A stretch of 64,000 nucleotides of DNA from positions 29,434 to 93,433 of the IMG/VR virus record IMGVR_UViG_3300044556_000086. The stretch is one strand, 5' to 3'. The position numbers were made by a program, and so were the translations under genes. The stretch is from a virus (taxonomy: Duplodnaviria > Caudoviricetes). Below the pieces are notes generated by a model. The model did not search any database. It was given only the letters and a program-made list of their open reading frames with translations, and was not told the DNA's origin. Positions 7,181 through 17,464 of the stretch are shown here, one piece after another. Numbering within the stretch: the first letter of the stretch is position 1; each line of letters begins with the position of its first letter.

Positions 7181-9427
7181 ATGAGAGTATTATTTTTATT
7201 AAGGGGTGCTCCTGGTTCTGGGAAATCTACATGGGTACATACTCATAACTTAGAACCTTATACACTAAGTGCTGACGATATACGGACTATGTATCAAGGA
7301 CCTGCTGTACGTATGGATGGGTCTGAGTATATTTCTCAGTCTAATGATGGTAAAGTGTGGTCTTTATTGTTCAGGCGGTTAGAAGAACGGATGATGAATG
7401 GTGAGTTCTTAATCGTAGATGCCACACACTATAAAAGAAGTCTGTTGAATAAGTATAAGAAACTCAGTGATGAATACCGGTATAGAGTGTATATCGTAGA
7501 CTTCACAGATGTGCCAGAAGAAACTGCTTTACAGAGAAATAAGTTGCGGGATGGGTATAAGGTAGTACCCGAAGGAGTTATTCATAAAATGTATTCTGTG
7601 TTCCGTGATGATACAGAGGTATCTAAAAGATACACTATTCTGTCTAGGGATGACGCCATCAATATGCTGTCTAGAAGTGAATCTACAGGTTTGGTAGAAG
7701 ACTATAATCATTTCAATAAATTAGTGGTATTCGGGGATGTGCATGGATGCTATGAACCTTTATCTACCTATTTCAAAGACCATCAGATGGAAGATTCCAC
7801 ATGTTATATTTTCTTAGGTGACTATTTGGACAGGGGTTTACAGAATAAGGACGTACTGGAGTGGCTACTTCATAACTATACTCGTAAGAATGTTATCTTA
7901 CTGGAAGGGAACCATGAAAAGTGGTTACGTCTATATAGTTCAAAAGGGTATACAGAAATACCTAAGGAAGACTTTTCTGTATTGAAGAAGTATGGGGATT
8001 TAGATACTAGTTCTTACCTTGCTTCAAAGCAGATACGTAGTAGGGTATTTTCTAAGTATACTGTACCTGACATAGAAGATTTACCTAAGAAGGATATCCG
8101 TCAGTTATGTCGTAAATTCCGTCAGGTGGTATGTGCTTCTTTTAGGGGTAAGACCTATTTCATGTGTCATGGTGGTTTTTCTAATTTACCATCTATACTT
8201 ATTCCGACACAATATTTAATTCATGGTGTGGGTGGATACGAAGATACAGATGATTTGTACCAGGAAATGGATAATCATAAAGATATTGTATTCATTCACG
8301 GTCATAGGAATGTACTACACCATCCTACTAAGGTAAATTCTCATATCTATAACTTGTGTTCAGATGTAGAGTATGGGGATGATTGGAGAGTACTGGAAAT
8401 AGGTGATTCTGGGGTACATACCTTAGAAATACCGAATACGATACATGTTGAAAGACCGGAACAAGAAAATACTCAAGGGGCTGTACCCGTAGACCCTAAT
8501 ACTATTATAGCTCAGTTGAATAAATCTAAATTAATTCTTAAGAAAGACTTAGATGGTGGGATTGTATCTTATAATTTCACAAGGAAAGCTTTCAGAGATA
8601 GAAAGTGGAATGATTTAACCTGTACTGCTAGGGGTTTGTTCTTGGAAAAAGATACGGGTAAGATAGTATGCAGGAGTTATAATAAGTTCTTTAACTGGGG
8701 TGAACGTCCACAGGATGATACAGATGCTTTAGCTAAGTCTTTGGTATTCCCAGTCACTTCCTACTATAAAGAGAATGGGTTCTTAGCTCTTATTTCTTAC
8801 TATAAAGATGACTTGCTGGTATGCTCTAAGTCATCTAATACAGGTACTATGGTACAGTACATAAAAGATACCTTAGCTGAGTTACCTGATGGTACGTTAG
8901 ATAAACTGAAAGACTTTGTAAAGACTCATGACGTTACTATGGTATTTGAATGTATCCGACCAAAAGAAGACCCACATATCATAAAATATGATAGGAATGA
9001 ATTAGTACTGTTAGATATCATAGATAATACCTGGGATTGTCATAAACTAAACTATGAGGATATGGTACAGGTAGCTAAGGAAATAGGACTCGACTTCAAA
9101 AAGCGTGCTTCTATATACACTTCCTTTGAAGACTTGTATTCTGATATCAAGGGGTATGATACCAATAACTACATTCATCTAGAAGGATGGGTATTTGAAG
9201 ATGCTAAAGGGTATATGGTAAAGTATAAGACTCCTTATTATAAGTTCTGGAAGAGAATGAGAAATTTCAAAGAGATAATAGAAAAGTCAAAGGGAGATAC
9301 TATTCAGTTGCCGTATGATTCTGATTTAGCTGTACGTACCATAAAGTGCATGGAAGACTTGAATAAGCAGAATAGGTTGTCTGAAATGTCCATTATAAAT
9401 ATTCTGGAAAAGTTAGAAAATCAGTAA
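7181..9427 (+). CDS. polynucleotide kinase / metallophosphoesterase / Rnl1-type RNA ligase fusion
   Basis: GAPGSGKS P-loop and DAT; GDVHG, GDYLDRG, GNHE, HGH calcineurin-like motifs; KFFN, KENG, EGWV, KYK ligase motifs. Confidence 0.9.
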   Translation: MRVLFLLRGAPGSGKSTWVHTHNLEPYTLSADDIRTMYQGPAVRMDGSEYISQSNDGKVWSLLFRRLEERMMNGEFLIVDATHYKRSLLNKYKKLSDEYRYRVYIVDFTDVPEETALQRNKLRDGYKVVPEGVIHKMYSVFRDDTEVSKRYTILSRDDAINMLSRSESTGLVEDYNHFNKLVVFGDVHGCYEPLSTYFKDHQMEDSTCYIFLGDYLDRGLQNKDVLEWLLHNYTRKNVILLEGNHEKWLRLYSSKGYTEIPKEDFSVLKKYGDLDTSSYLASKQIRSRVFSKYTVPDIEDLPKKDIRQLCRKFRQVVCASFRGKTYFMCHGGFSNLPSILIPTQYLIHGVGGYEDTDDLYQEMDNHKDIVFIHGHRNVLHHPTKVNSHIYNLCSDVEYGDDWRVLEIGDSGVHTLEIPNTIHVERPEQENTQGAVPVDPNTIIAQLNKSKLILKKDLDGGIVSYNFTRKAFRDRKWNDLTCTARGLFLEKDTGKIVCRSYNKFFNWGERPQDDTDALAKSLVFPVTSYYKENGFLALISYYKDDLLVCSKSSNTGTMVQYIKDTLAELPDGTLDKLKDFVKTHDVTMVFECIRPKEDPHIIKYDRNELVLLDIIDNTWDCHKLNYEDMVQVAKEIGLDFKKRASIYTSFEDLYSDIKGYDTNNYIHLEGWVFEDAKGYMVKYKTPYYKFWKRMRNFKEIIEKSKGDTIQLPYDSDLAVRTIKCMEDLNKQNRLSEMSIINILEKLENQ

Positions 9428-9466
9428 TTCATTAATAGGATATTAAAACATAAAGGAGACTAAGCA

Positions 9467-10372
9467 ATGAAAGGGTACGAAGAAGAAAATACGCAAGTAA
9501 GGAAAGTAGGTCGTCCTAGAAAGAATCATAGCACTACTCATGAACTGGTTCATGAAGAACCTATTCATGATTTAGAACCAAAAGAATCTGTACAGAATGA
9601 ACCTGAGGTAGAAAAAGCAGGGGCAAAAAAAGAACCTTTGAGTTACGAAGTTACAGTAACGCTTCCTTCTAAAGGTTTACTGTATAAGGAAGAAGGGATT
9701 CCTGCTGATATTTCTTTGAGGGGAATGACCACAAAAGAGGAAAAGATTCTTTATGCTTCTCAGGGTGGGAGTGTCTTTAAGAAGATTCTAAGGAATTGTG
9801 TAGTAAGTCCGAAGAAGTTAGATGTCAATAAACTGGTATTGGCTGATGAAATGTTCCTTATTCTTCAGCTACGGATGGTTACCTATGGTGATTCTTACAA
9901 GGTATCTGCTACATGTCCGAATTGTGGGTCTAAGAATTCTTTTACTATTAAGTTATCTGATTTTGAAACAGAATATCTTGATGATGACTTTACAGAGCCC
10001 GTAGAAGTAGAATTACCCAGAAGTGGGGACACCATAACATTTAAACTACTACGGAATGAAGACTTGGAACAAGTACATAAGTATTCAAAGAGAAATGCTA
10101 AGCAGTTCAACCAGAACATCCGTGAAGTAGAATATATCTGCCGGTTGGCTAAGTATATTACTTCTATTAACGGAAAACCAGTAGACTTCATTGATGCAAA
10201 GGCTTATGTAGAAAATATGCAGTCTATGGACTCTAGAAAGTTACAGACAGCTATTTCTAAGATTCAGTTCGGTGTAGATACTCTGGTCACGGTAACATGT
10301 CCGGATTGTGGTGAAGATTTTGATTTCATTATGCCCTTGACTTCTGAGTTTTTTCGCCCCGACATTGAGTGA
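9467..10372 (+). CDS. T4 gp26-like baseplate hub / tail assembly protein
   Basis: LPSKG...MTTKEEKIL...CPNCG...CPDCG...FF repeated architecture. Confidence 0.75.
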   Translation: MKGYEEENTQVRKVGRPRKNHSTTHELVHEEPIHDLEPKESVQNEPEVEKAGAKKEPLSYEVTVTLPSKGLLYKEEGIPADISLRGMTTKEEKILYASQGGSVFKKILRNCVVSPKKLDVNKLVLADEMFLILQLRMVTYGDSYKVSATCPNCGSKNSFTIKLSDFETEYLDDDFTEPVEVELPRSGDTITFKLLRNEDLEQVHKYSKRNAKQFNQNIREVEYICRLAKYITSINGKPVDFIDAKAYVENMQSMDSRKLQTAISKIQFGVDTLVTVTCPDCGEDFDFIMPLTSEFFRPDIE

Positions 10373-10631
10373 TGATAATACGGAAGAGGAAAATCTAAAA
10401 ATCAGGGATATGAGGATGGGTATGTTTGAGTCCATCATGAAGGAACAGTTCCAGTTGACTTATTTTGGAAAAGTAGATTATCAGTCTACAAACGATATGA
10501 CTACGTTAGAGAGGCATATGATGTACAGGTTACTCGTAGAGCAGAAAGAAGAAGAACGAAAAGCTCAGGAAGAAGCCATTAAGAAAGCAAAAGAAAAAGG
10601 GAATAAACATCGGATGCATAGAAGACGATAG
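10365..10631 (+). CDS. gp51-like baseplate hub assembly protein
   Basis: Follows the gp26-like gene; MTTLER..Y..L motif. Confidence 0.55.
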   Translation: MSDDNTEEENLKIRDMRMGMFESIMKEQFQLTYFGKVDYQSTNDMTTLERHMMYRLLVEQKEEERKAQEEAIKKAKEKGNKHRMHRRR

Positions 10632-10786
10632 TACTCTATAGTAGGTGGTCTGGTATGGTTCATAGGAAGAAGAATAAATTTGAATGGATAGACTGGTATT
10701 GTTTCGATAAGCAGTGTTTCTATTTACCGAAAAAGTTTCCCTATCGAAAATGGAAGAAAGAGGTAGTAAAGAAATACAATGCTTAT

Positions 10787-12212
10787 TTGATGGCGGGTGG
10801 GAAGACCCACGGTTTCAACCGTGGGATGAAAGCCCGCTTTCTCTTGTTTTTCTCTTACTTTTGTTATATAATATATATATAACAAGAAAAGAGGTGAAAT
10901 TAATATGTTCTTAACTCAATCCAACGTAATACGCCACCTTTCGAAAGATGAATATGCCATGCTTGCGGAGATGTGCCGATATTCTAATAATCTTTACAAC
11001 GTTGCTCTTTATAACATCCGGCAATACTATTTCAGCGAGAAGAAATTTCTGACATACGAAAGTAACTATCATGAATGCAAAATTAACGAGAATTATGGAC
11101 TCCTGCAAGCTGGTGTGGCACAGCAGACCTTAAAAGTCGCTGACCGCAGTTTTAAGTCATTTTTTAATCTCATTAAAAAAGCAAAGTCTGGAGAATATCG
11201 TTTTCAAGACATCAAGATTCCACATTACCGTGAAAAAGGCGGGATGTTTGTCTTGGTGCTGTCTACCAATGCCATCAATATCAAAGACGGCTTCTTGCAG
11301 ATTCCTATGAGCAGGGCTTTCTCGAAGGCTCATGCTGGAAAGTTGATTAAGATTGCATTTCCTGAACGCCTTGCCGATAAGAAAATCAAAGAAGTGCGTA
11401 TAATCCCGATATTCAAAGGACAGTATTTCAAGATTCAGTATGTCTACGAACAGGCAGAACAGAATCTTAATCTTTCGCAGGATAACGCTCTTGCTATCGA
11501 TATAGGATTGGAGAACTTTGCGACTTGCATAACCACTATTGGGACTTCGTTCATTATGGACGGACGTAAACTCAAATCAATCAACCAATACTGGAACAAA
11601 CGCAAGGCACAACTTCAATCTATAGCAGACAAGCAGAAAAATAAATCCACGAAACTCATCCAGTGTATTACTACGAAACGCAACAACCGTGCCAAAGATT
11701 ATGTTCGCAAGACATCCCGATACATCGTAAACTATTGCATCGACAACAATATCGGAACAATCATTTGTGGTTACAACAGTGATTTCAAGCGTTCCATTAA
11801 TCTCGGAAAGATGACCAATCAGCAGTTCACACAAATCAGCTTTGGTTCTTTACGTGAGCAGTTGTCCAGTCTTTGCGAACAATACGGTATGAGATATATA
11901 GAGCAGGAAGAATCCTACACATCAAAGGCAAGTTTCCTTGACCTCGATGAGATTCCTGTCTATAATCCCGAACAGCCGTACACGGGAAAATTCAGTGGCA
12001 AACGCATTCATCGTGGCTTGTATCGGTATTCTGATGGAAGAATTGCTAATGCTGACTTAAATGGTGCGGCAAACATCATGAATAAAAGTAAGCAGAACTA
12101 CGATTTTGTAGAACTGTGTAAGGGGCTTTTGGCAAGCCCTTCAAGAATAAGGATTGCTTAACGGTAATCAAACTTCTTTAGAATCCCACGAATTTATTCG
12201 TGGGAGTGTCAA
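10787..12212 (+). mobile_element. IS200/IS605 (IS1341-like, tnpB-only) element
   Basis: LE hairpin CCCACGGTT-TC-AACCGTGGG with AAGA at +16..+19 after TTAT; RE GAAT+CCCACGAAT-TT-ATTCGTGGG...TCAA; no tnpA. Confidence 0.85.
10905..12161 (+). CDS. tnpB: RNA-guided endonuclease TnpB
   Basis: NLYN, AIDIGLENFA (RuvC-I D), EESYTSKAS, NADLNGAANI (RuvC-III D); distinct codon usage. Confidence 0.95.
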   Translation: MFLTQSNVIRHLSKDEYAMLAEMCRYSNNLYNVALYNIRQYYFSEKKFLTYESNYHECKINENYGLLQAGVAQQTLKVADRSFKSFFNLIKKAKSGEYRFQDIKIPHYREKGGMFVLVLSTNAINIKDGFLQIPMSRAFSKAHAGKLIKIAFPERLADKKIKEVRIIPIFKGQYFKIQYVYEQAEQNLNLSQDNALAIDIGLENFATCITTIGTSFIMDGRKLKSINQYWNKRKAQLQSIADKQKNKSTKLIQCITTKRNNRAKDYVRKTSRYIVNYCIDNNIGTIICGYNSDFKRSINLGKMTNQQFTQISFGSLREQLSSLCEQYGMRYIEQEESYTSKASFLDLDEIPVYNPEQPYTGKFSGKRIHRGLYRYSDGRIANADLNGAANIMNKSKQNYDFVELCKGLLASPSRIRIA

Positions 12213-12321
12213 TTGATGGTAAACTTGTCTGCTGACCTTGACTATGTTAATATATATGTATGTGAGTATTCCTAAGTAGATACTGTTGATGGAAAAAGAT
12301 ACTTTCATAGTGTAGAGAAGG

Positions 12322-12849
12322 GTGAAAAATAAAGATATGGTTAGAAAAATTGTAGAAAGTTATACTCTTTCCGATACATTATTCCAGGTAAAGGGTATTA
12401 ATGGTAAAGTACAGGATGCTTTGCAGAAGTTCATTACTCATAAGATTCTAAAAGATGAACTTACAGATGTTGAACTAGATATGAGTGTAACGGACTTACA
12501 CGGCTATTCTGTAGACAGTGCTAAAGGTATCGTAACAGAAGTCACGATTATCTGTTTTGTATCTGGTTCAGAAGATAGTGATGTAGTGGGTAAAGACCTA
12601 AAGAAGAAGTTCGGCAGTTATGCTGATTTAGAATATAGTGATGATGAGAATGTATGGTATGTCTATATAGACAATACAGATGATATTGCCGAATTTTTCC
12701 AGGACATGAAAAAACATGGATTTGACTCCGCTGATAAGATGGTAGAGGAAGTATATCTGGAAGATATTAAAGCTGACCAGGAAGAGCTGGAACAGGAATG
12801 GAAAAGTGAAGATATCGAACAGAATCGGGAATACTGGAGAAGTCGTTAA
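12322..12849 (+). CDS. acidic hypothetical protein (paralog of 12998..13447)
   Basis: Shares ..VTI.. and Y(I/V)(D/E)..D.I..FF......G(F/W)D..D with the next gene. Confidence 0.7.
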   Translation: MKNKDMVRKIVESYTLSDTLFQVKGINGKVQDALQKFITHKILKDELTDVELDMSVTDLHGYSVDSAKGIVTEVTIICFVSGSEDSDVVGKDLKKKFGSYADLEYSDDENVWYVYIDNTDDIAEFFQDMKKHGFDSADKMVEEVYLEDIKADQEELEQEWKSEDIEQNREYWRSR

Positions 12850-12882
12850 TCTAATCTTACAGAACTGAATAGTATGTATAGG

Positions 12883-12920
12883 AATAGTACCTAAGGAGTA
12901 AAACTTTAGGTACTATTTTT
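12883..12920 (+). terminator. Rho-independent terminator
   Basis: AATAGTACCTAAGG...CTTTAGGTACTATT followed by TTTT. Confidence 0.8.
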
Positions 12921-12997
12921 AGTTATATATTCGGTAAGGAGTGTTTTTCGGTGGAACAGTATAAAATTATTTAAAATAAATTATAGGGGTATCGATT

Positions 12998-13447
12998 ATG
13001 AGTAAGAGAATAAAACAAATACAGGATTCGTATTATGATGAAGGGGTATACATTGCACTACTTGAAGATTCTGAGGTAGTCAGTCAGGAAATACAGGATT
13101 TTTTAATCCGTAAATTTGGTGAAGAGTTGTCTTCATTAGGGGGTTGTGGAATACAGTTAGAAGTATTTCTTAGTAACATCTGGAGACCTGATATAGAAGA
13201 TAGCCGGAACATTATAGATTCTGTCACTATTGATATGGTCATAGAATGTCCAAGTCTGGATACAAAAAAGACTGAAAAGATAGTAAACAGGATACTATCT
13301 GAGCTAGGTGATTTCCGATATGTGTCTAGTGAAACCTGTTTATCTCTGTATGTAGAAGACAGGGACGAAATAGAACAATTCTTTAATTCATTAGAAGAAC
13401 TTGGATGGGATACATCTGATTACGTAGAGTTCATAGACTATAGATAA
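12998..13447 (+). CDS. acidic hypothetical protein (paralog of 12322..12849)
   Basis: See paralog; RBS AGGGG. Confidence 0.7.
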   Translation: MSKRIKQIQDSYYDEGVYIALLEDSEVVSQEIQDFLIRKFGEELSSLGGCGIQLEVFLSNIWRPDIEDSRNIIDSVTIDMVIECPSLDTKKTEKIVNRILSELGDFRYVSSETCLSLYVEDRDEIEQFFNSLEELGWDTSDYVEFIDYR

Positions 13448-13474
13448 GGGCCTTAGAAGGGGTATGGGTTAGGT

Positions 13475-16400
13475 ATGGATAAGACAGACAAGAAGAATAA
13501 GCAAGAGAGAAAGAAACGTCTGCAAGAGATGGATAGGGAATACGCCAAAGGTTTCCTAGACATAGCCAAAAAGAATATGGATAGCATGAGTACTATGATG
13601 GATAGGCAGTACGATATGCTGGAAGGATTCTATGACTCTACGAGTAAGATACGCCGGGAGTATATCAAAAATGATATGTCCGAACGTCAGCAGATTATGG
13701 AACAGCAGTTAGAGCAGATGAGAAAGTCTTACTCTGTATACAAGAACTTTTTGTCTGAATCTGATAAAAGACTATTTGCTGATATGTATAGGATAACTCA
13801 TGAAGGGATGAATTCTATTTCTGATGAAATGACCTCTAGGTTTACAGATATGTCAGATAATATAAAAGACTCTATGGGTGATATGTCTGACTCTATCTTA
13901 AATAAGATACAGAAAATGGCCATGAGTATTACTACATCTCTTACTGCTATCAATGTAGGGGATATCGGAAGTAAGTTAGGGGAAGAAGTAGACTCCTATA
14001 TTGATAATAAAAGGCAGGTAGCTTCTAGAACGGGAAGAAACTTTGACTGGTCTGGTTATCAGTCTGCTGTATCTGACGTAGTATCCTCAGGGTATTTTAT
14101 GTCTAGGAGTGAAGCTTCTGAGGTAGTCTCTGACTTGGTAAAAGATGAATCTATCCGTGACATGAACTATATCAAGCCTTACGCTACAGAGTTAGCTGCT
14201 GGGATGAAGACTTTAGGGGTAAGTCTGGATGCTTATCATGATGTACTATGGTCTGATATTCATATGGCAGGGAATGACCCGACTCAGAGAGGTAGGTTCT
14301 TAAGGAACGTAAATAATATGGCTATCTCTCTGGAAGATAATGCTGATTTGAATGTCAATGCTCAGGATATACTACAGAGTATTAATGGGAGTATCCAAGA
14401 TTTATATGGGGTTAGTGTAGGGGATTCTAAAACGACAACCTCCATGTCTAAGACGTTGACAGCTATAGAAGCTATGAGGGAGACCAATGCCACAGAAGGT
14501 TCAGATGCTGTAGCTGAACTAATCTCTAGTACAAAAGATAAGAATTTGTACGGTATGATGGAAGATGACAGGATACAGCAGTTAGCGAATATAGCTGGGT
14601 ATTCCGTGTCTGATTTGGATGAAGCTAGACAAGACCCTGAAAAGATGCAGGGTTTCTTAGAGGATTTGCAGGATAGTATTAAAGATTTTGATGATGTGGA
14701 TATCCATAACCAGGGTCAGTTGTTAGGGTTGTCTGATTCTCAGATGGGTGCCATGGTAGCTGACGCTAAACAGGGTAATCTTGCTTCTAATTATGGAAAA
14801 TCACTAAGTTCTATGGACCAGGGAGAGAAGACAGGGTTATCTTTAATGGTGCAGAAGGCTGGGGAAACTTTAGGTATTGTAGATAAGACAAAAAATGCCG
14901 TATCGAATAATCCAATAGTGTCTGGGTTCTCTGATGCTCTGAACGAGTTTGATATTAAATGGATTAATGCTGCCGCTATTGTTACAGCTACTTCTGGGAT
15001 AGCTTCTGGTATGAAGTCCATTATAGAGATGGGTGGACTCAAGGCTGCTCTGACAACGTATATAGGATATGCTGGAGGTATCCTGAAAGACGGACTAGGG
15101 TTACTTGGTAAAGGGATAAGTTTCCTAAGGGGATTTCCTGTTCTAGGTAAGGTAATATCCGCAGTTGCTCCAATAGGTGGTAAAATAGTTACACTACTAG
15201 GAGCCATCTTAGCCAAAGTAGGGGTTGGGGGTCTATTTGGTTCCGGTGGTCTGTTTGGTGAAGGTGGACTCTTCGGAGGTGGTGGTAATAAAGAAGGAGA
15301 ATCTGGGGGACGTTTCGGTGGTGTCCTAAAGACTATCGGTAGAGTAGCTGCTATACTACCCGCTGCTATAGGTACCTTCGAAGGAGCTACTGATTTAGCC
15401 TCTAAATGGTATGGTGATGATGCCTCACTAGGGGATAGGATTGTTGGTGGTATCAGTGGTCTATTCGGTGGGGGTGCTGAAGGTGGTCTAGGAAATGCTG
15501 CCGGACAGGCATTAACAGGTGCTTCCATAGGTGCTACAGTGGCTTCTGTTGTTCCTGGTGTAGGTACTCTAGCAGGGGGTGCTGTTGGGGGTGTTATTGG
15601 TGGTATAGGTGGTTTGCTAGGTAGTGAGTCTATTGCCGATTTCTTAGACCCTGTACAAAACACAGCTATAGACCAGACAGGGGTTAACTCCTATGCTAAT
15701 GGGTTGTCTGATGTACCTTTTGATAATTTCCCAGCTTACTTACATAAAGGGGAAGCGGTACTAACGGAAGACCAGGCGAACACTTTAAGGAACACTACGG
15801 CTGATGGGGGTATACCCTTCAATTCTAATGGTGCTTCTTTAGAGGATACGAATAATATATTGAAGGCCATTTTAGGGGTTAACTCTGATGAATTGACTAA
15901 CTCTAATACTATGACAGATAGTTTAGATGATGTAAGTAGTTTCTTTGACCCGTTATCTGCCACTAACTTAGGTAAGACAGATACACCCGCCGCTAGGATG
16001 GCTGGTTCAGTTGGAAGTGGTTCAGGGGCTAATAAGGGTTCCGGTGGTTTCTTAGATACTTTGAAAAGTCTGTTTGGGGGAGCTGCTGATAAAGTAAAGA
16101 GTTTCTTTGGTTTCGGTAGTGAATCCTCCGGAGGTTCTGGTGGTGGTGTAAATGTTACACCTGATACGGGTGAAAATGCTAAGACTACCTGGTCTTTTTT
16201 GACTGGGAATGGTTTTACTCCGGTAGCTACAGCTGGGATAATGGGTAATCTTGCTCAGGAATCTCAGTTAGACCCGTTAGCTACAGAAGATAAAGCTTAT
16301 TCTGGATGGAACACCTTAGCTGACGTAGCTTCTGGGGGTGCCGGGATAGCTCAATGGACAGACCCGTCACGTCGTCAGAACTTTGATGACTTCATGGCCA

Positions 16401-16927
16401 AGAATGATTTAGACCCACATGATTTACTAAGTCAGTTACAGTTCTTACTCTATGAAGCTAGGACATATTATTCAGGTACTATCAGTGCTGTTAATGATGC
16501 TACAGATGTAGATGACGCTACGGATATCTGGCAAAGGGGTTATGAAGGTGCCGGGAATGTGCAGTTGGCTACTCGACAAGCTTATGCAGAATCTTACTAT
16601 AATGAGTTTGCCGGTAATCAGTATGCTTTAGGTACTCCATGGGTACCCGAAGACCAGATAGCTCTATTACATGAAGGGGAAGCCATAGTACCTGCGGACT
16701 TAAATCCATTTTCTGGTATAGGTAACTTAGCCACCTTTGATTCTTCTAACTTTGAAAATAGTCCGTTAAGTGATACTTCTGGAGATACGGATGATGTCAT
16801 AGATACCTTAAAATGGATGGTGAATAGACTAGAAATAAAGTTAGATGCTGTAATTTCTGCTGTAGGGGGTACCCGGGGACGGATAACTCCTTCTTATAGT
16901 GATGTAGATACGACATTTTCTTATTAA
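13475..16927 (+). CDS. tail tape measure protein with C-terminal phage tail lysozyme domain
   Basis: Helical N-terminus, Gly/Ala-rich hydrophobic middle, AGIMGNLAQES...GIAQWT lysozyme motif, LH(K/E)GEA motifs. Confidence 0.9.
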   Translation: MDKTDKKNKQERKKRLQEMDREYAKGFLDIAKKNMDSMSTMMDRQYDMLEGFYDSTSKIRREYIKNDMSERQQIMEQQLEQMRKSYSVYKNFLSESDKRLFADMYRITHEGMNSISDEMTSRFTDMSDNIKDSMGDMSDSILNKIQKMAMSITTSLTAINVGDIGSKLGEEVDSYIDNKRQVASRTGRNFDWSGYQSAVSDVVSSGYFMSRSEASEVVSDLVKDESIRDMNYIKPYATELAAGMKTLGVSLDAYHDVLWSDIHMAGNDPTQRGRFLRNVNNMAISLEDNADLNVNAQDILQSINGSIQDLYGVSVGDSKTTTSMSKTLTAIEAMRETNATEGSDAVAELISSTKDKNLYGMMEDDRIQQLANIAGYSVSDLDEARQDPEKMQGFLEDLQDSIKDFDDVDIHNQGQLLGLSDSQMGAMVADAKQGNLASNYGKSLSSMDQGEKTGLSLMVQKAGETLGIVDKTKNAVSNNPIVSGFSDALNEFDIKWINAAAIVTATSGIASGMKSIIEMGGLKAALTTYIGYAGGILKDGLGLLGKGISFLRGFPVLGKVISAVAPIGGKIVTLLGAILAKVGVGGLFGSGGLFGEGGLFGGGGNKEGESGGRFGGVLKTIGRVAAILPAAIGTFEGATDLASKWYGDDASLGDRIVGGISGLFGGGAEGGLGNAAGQALTGASIGATVASVVPGVGTLAGGAVGGVIGGIGGLLGSESIADFLDPVQNTAIDQTGVNSYANGLSDVPFDNFPAYLHKGEAVLTEDQANTLRNTTADGGIPFNSNGASLEDTNNILKAILGVNSDELTNSNTMTDSLDDVSSFFDPLSATNLGKTDTPAARMAGSVGSGSGANKGSGGFLDTLKSLFGGAADKVKSFFGFGSESSGGSGGGVNVTPDTGENAKTTWSFLTGNGFTPVATAGIMGNLAQESQLDPLATEDKAYSGWNTLADVASGGAGIAQWTDPSRRQNFDDFMAKNDLDPHDLLSQLQFLLYEARTYYSGTISAVNDATDVDDATDIWQRGYEGAGNVQLATRQAYAESYYNEFAGNQYALGTPWVPEDQIALLHEGEAIVPADLNPFSGIGNLATFDSSNFENSPLSDTSGDTDDVIDTLKWMVNRLEIKLDAVISAVGGTRGRITPSYSDVDTTFSY

Positions 16928-16947
16928 GGGATAGGGGACGATGATGC

Positions 16948-17463
16948 ATGGCAGGATTATCTTATACGACTTCTAATGTAGCACCGGGAAATCTGATACC
17001 CTGTTATATTGTAAATAAGCTGACAGGGGATACGATACAGTTCATGGTATTACCCGAAGAAGTAACAGAATCTTATTCTGTAAGTATGGAGCCGAAGGAA
17101 ATCATGGGACGGTCGGCTCCTTATATTTCTTACTCCGGGAATGAGGCTAGGACAGTTGGATACTCTATTACGTTACACGAAGATATAGTACCGAATATGA
17201 TGACGGTCATAGATAAATTGAAACGTTTGGTATATCCGAAATATACAGATAGTCATATACAGCCTCCCTATCAGTACGTTAAGTTTGGGGATATGATAGA
17301 CATGATGGCTGTTGTAACGAGTGTATCTTTATCTTGGGGGCAGACTATTATAGAAGACCAGCAACATTATTCTCAGTGTGAAGTTTCTTTAGAGTTTATG
17401 GAACTAAGAATAAGTAGTCTTCCGAGTGTAGATGCCAACCCATTCCAGGAAGGGAACATGTAA
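16948..17463 (+). CDS. tail tube initiator / baseplate-associated protein
   Basis: F...PEE.TESYS....IMGRSAP...YSG...R pattern, immediately after the tape measure gene. Confidence 0.7.
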   Translation: MAGLSYTTSNVAPGNLIPCYIVNKLTGDTIQFMVLPEEVTESYSVSMEPKEIMGRSAPYISYSGNEARTVGYSITLHEDIVPNMMTVIDKLKRLVYPKYTDSHIQPPYQYVKFGDMIDMMAVVTSVSLSWGQTIIEDQQHYSQCEVSLEFMELRISSLPSVDANPFQEGNM

Positions 17464-17464
17464 T

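Larger units (their letters stand above)
10655..12275 (+). pseudogene. small phage gene split by the tnpB element (10655-10786 + 12213-12275)
   Basis: Excising 10787-12212 gives in-frame ...KKYNAY-LMVNLSADLDYVNIYVCEYS*. Confidence 0.65.

Noticed and set aside
10787-10791. TTGAT as an ISDra2-like target or 5-bp target-site duplication
   Set aside because: The guide AAGA at +16..+19 predicts TTAT, and that boundary gives the longest in-frame restoration of the split gene. IS200/IS605 elements do not make TSDs. Not fully excluded.
14791-15663. 290-aa minus-strand ORF and the many other minus-strand ORFs in the track
   Set aside because: They are antisense shadows of long + strand genes (Pro-rich mirror of Gly codons), with no RBS or recognisable motifs.
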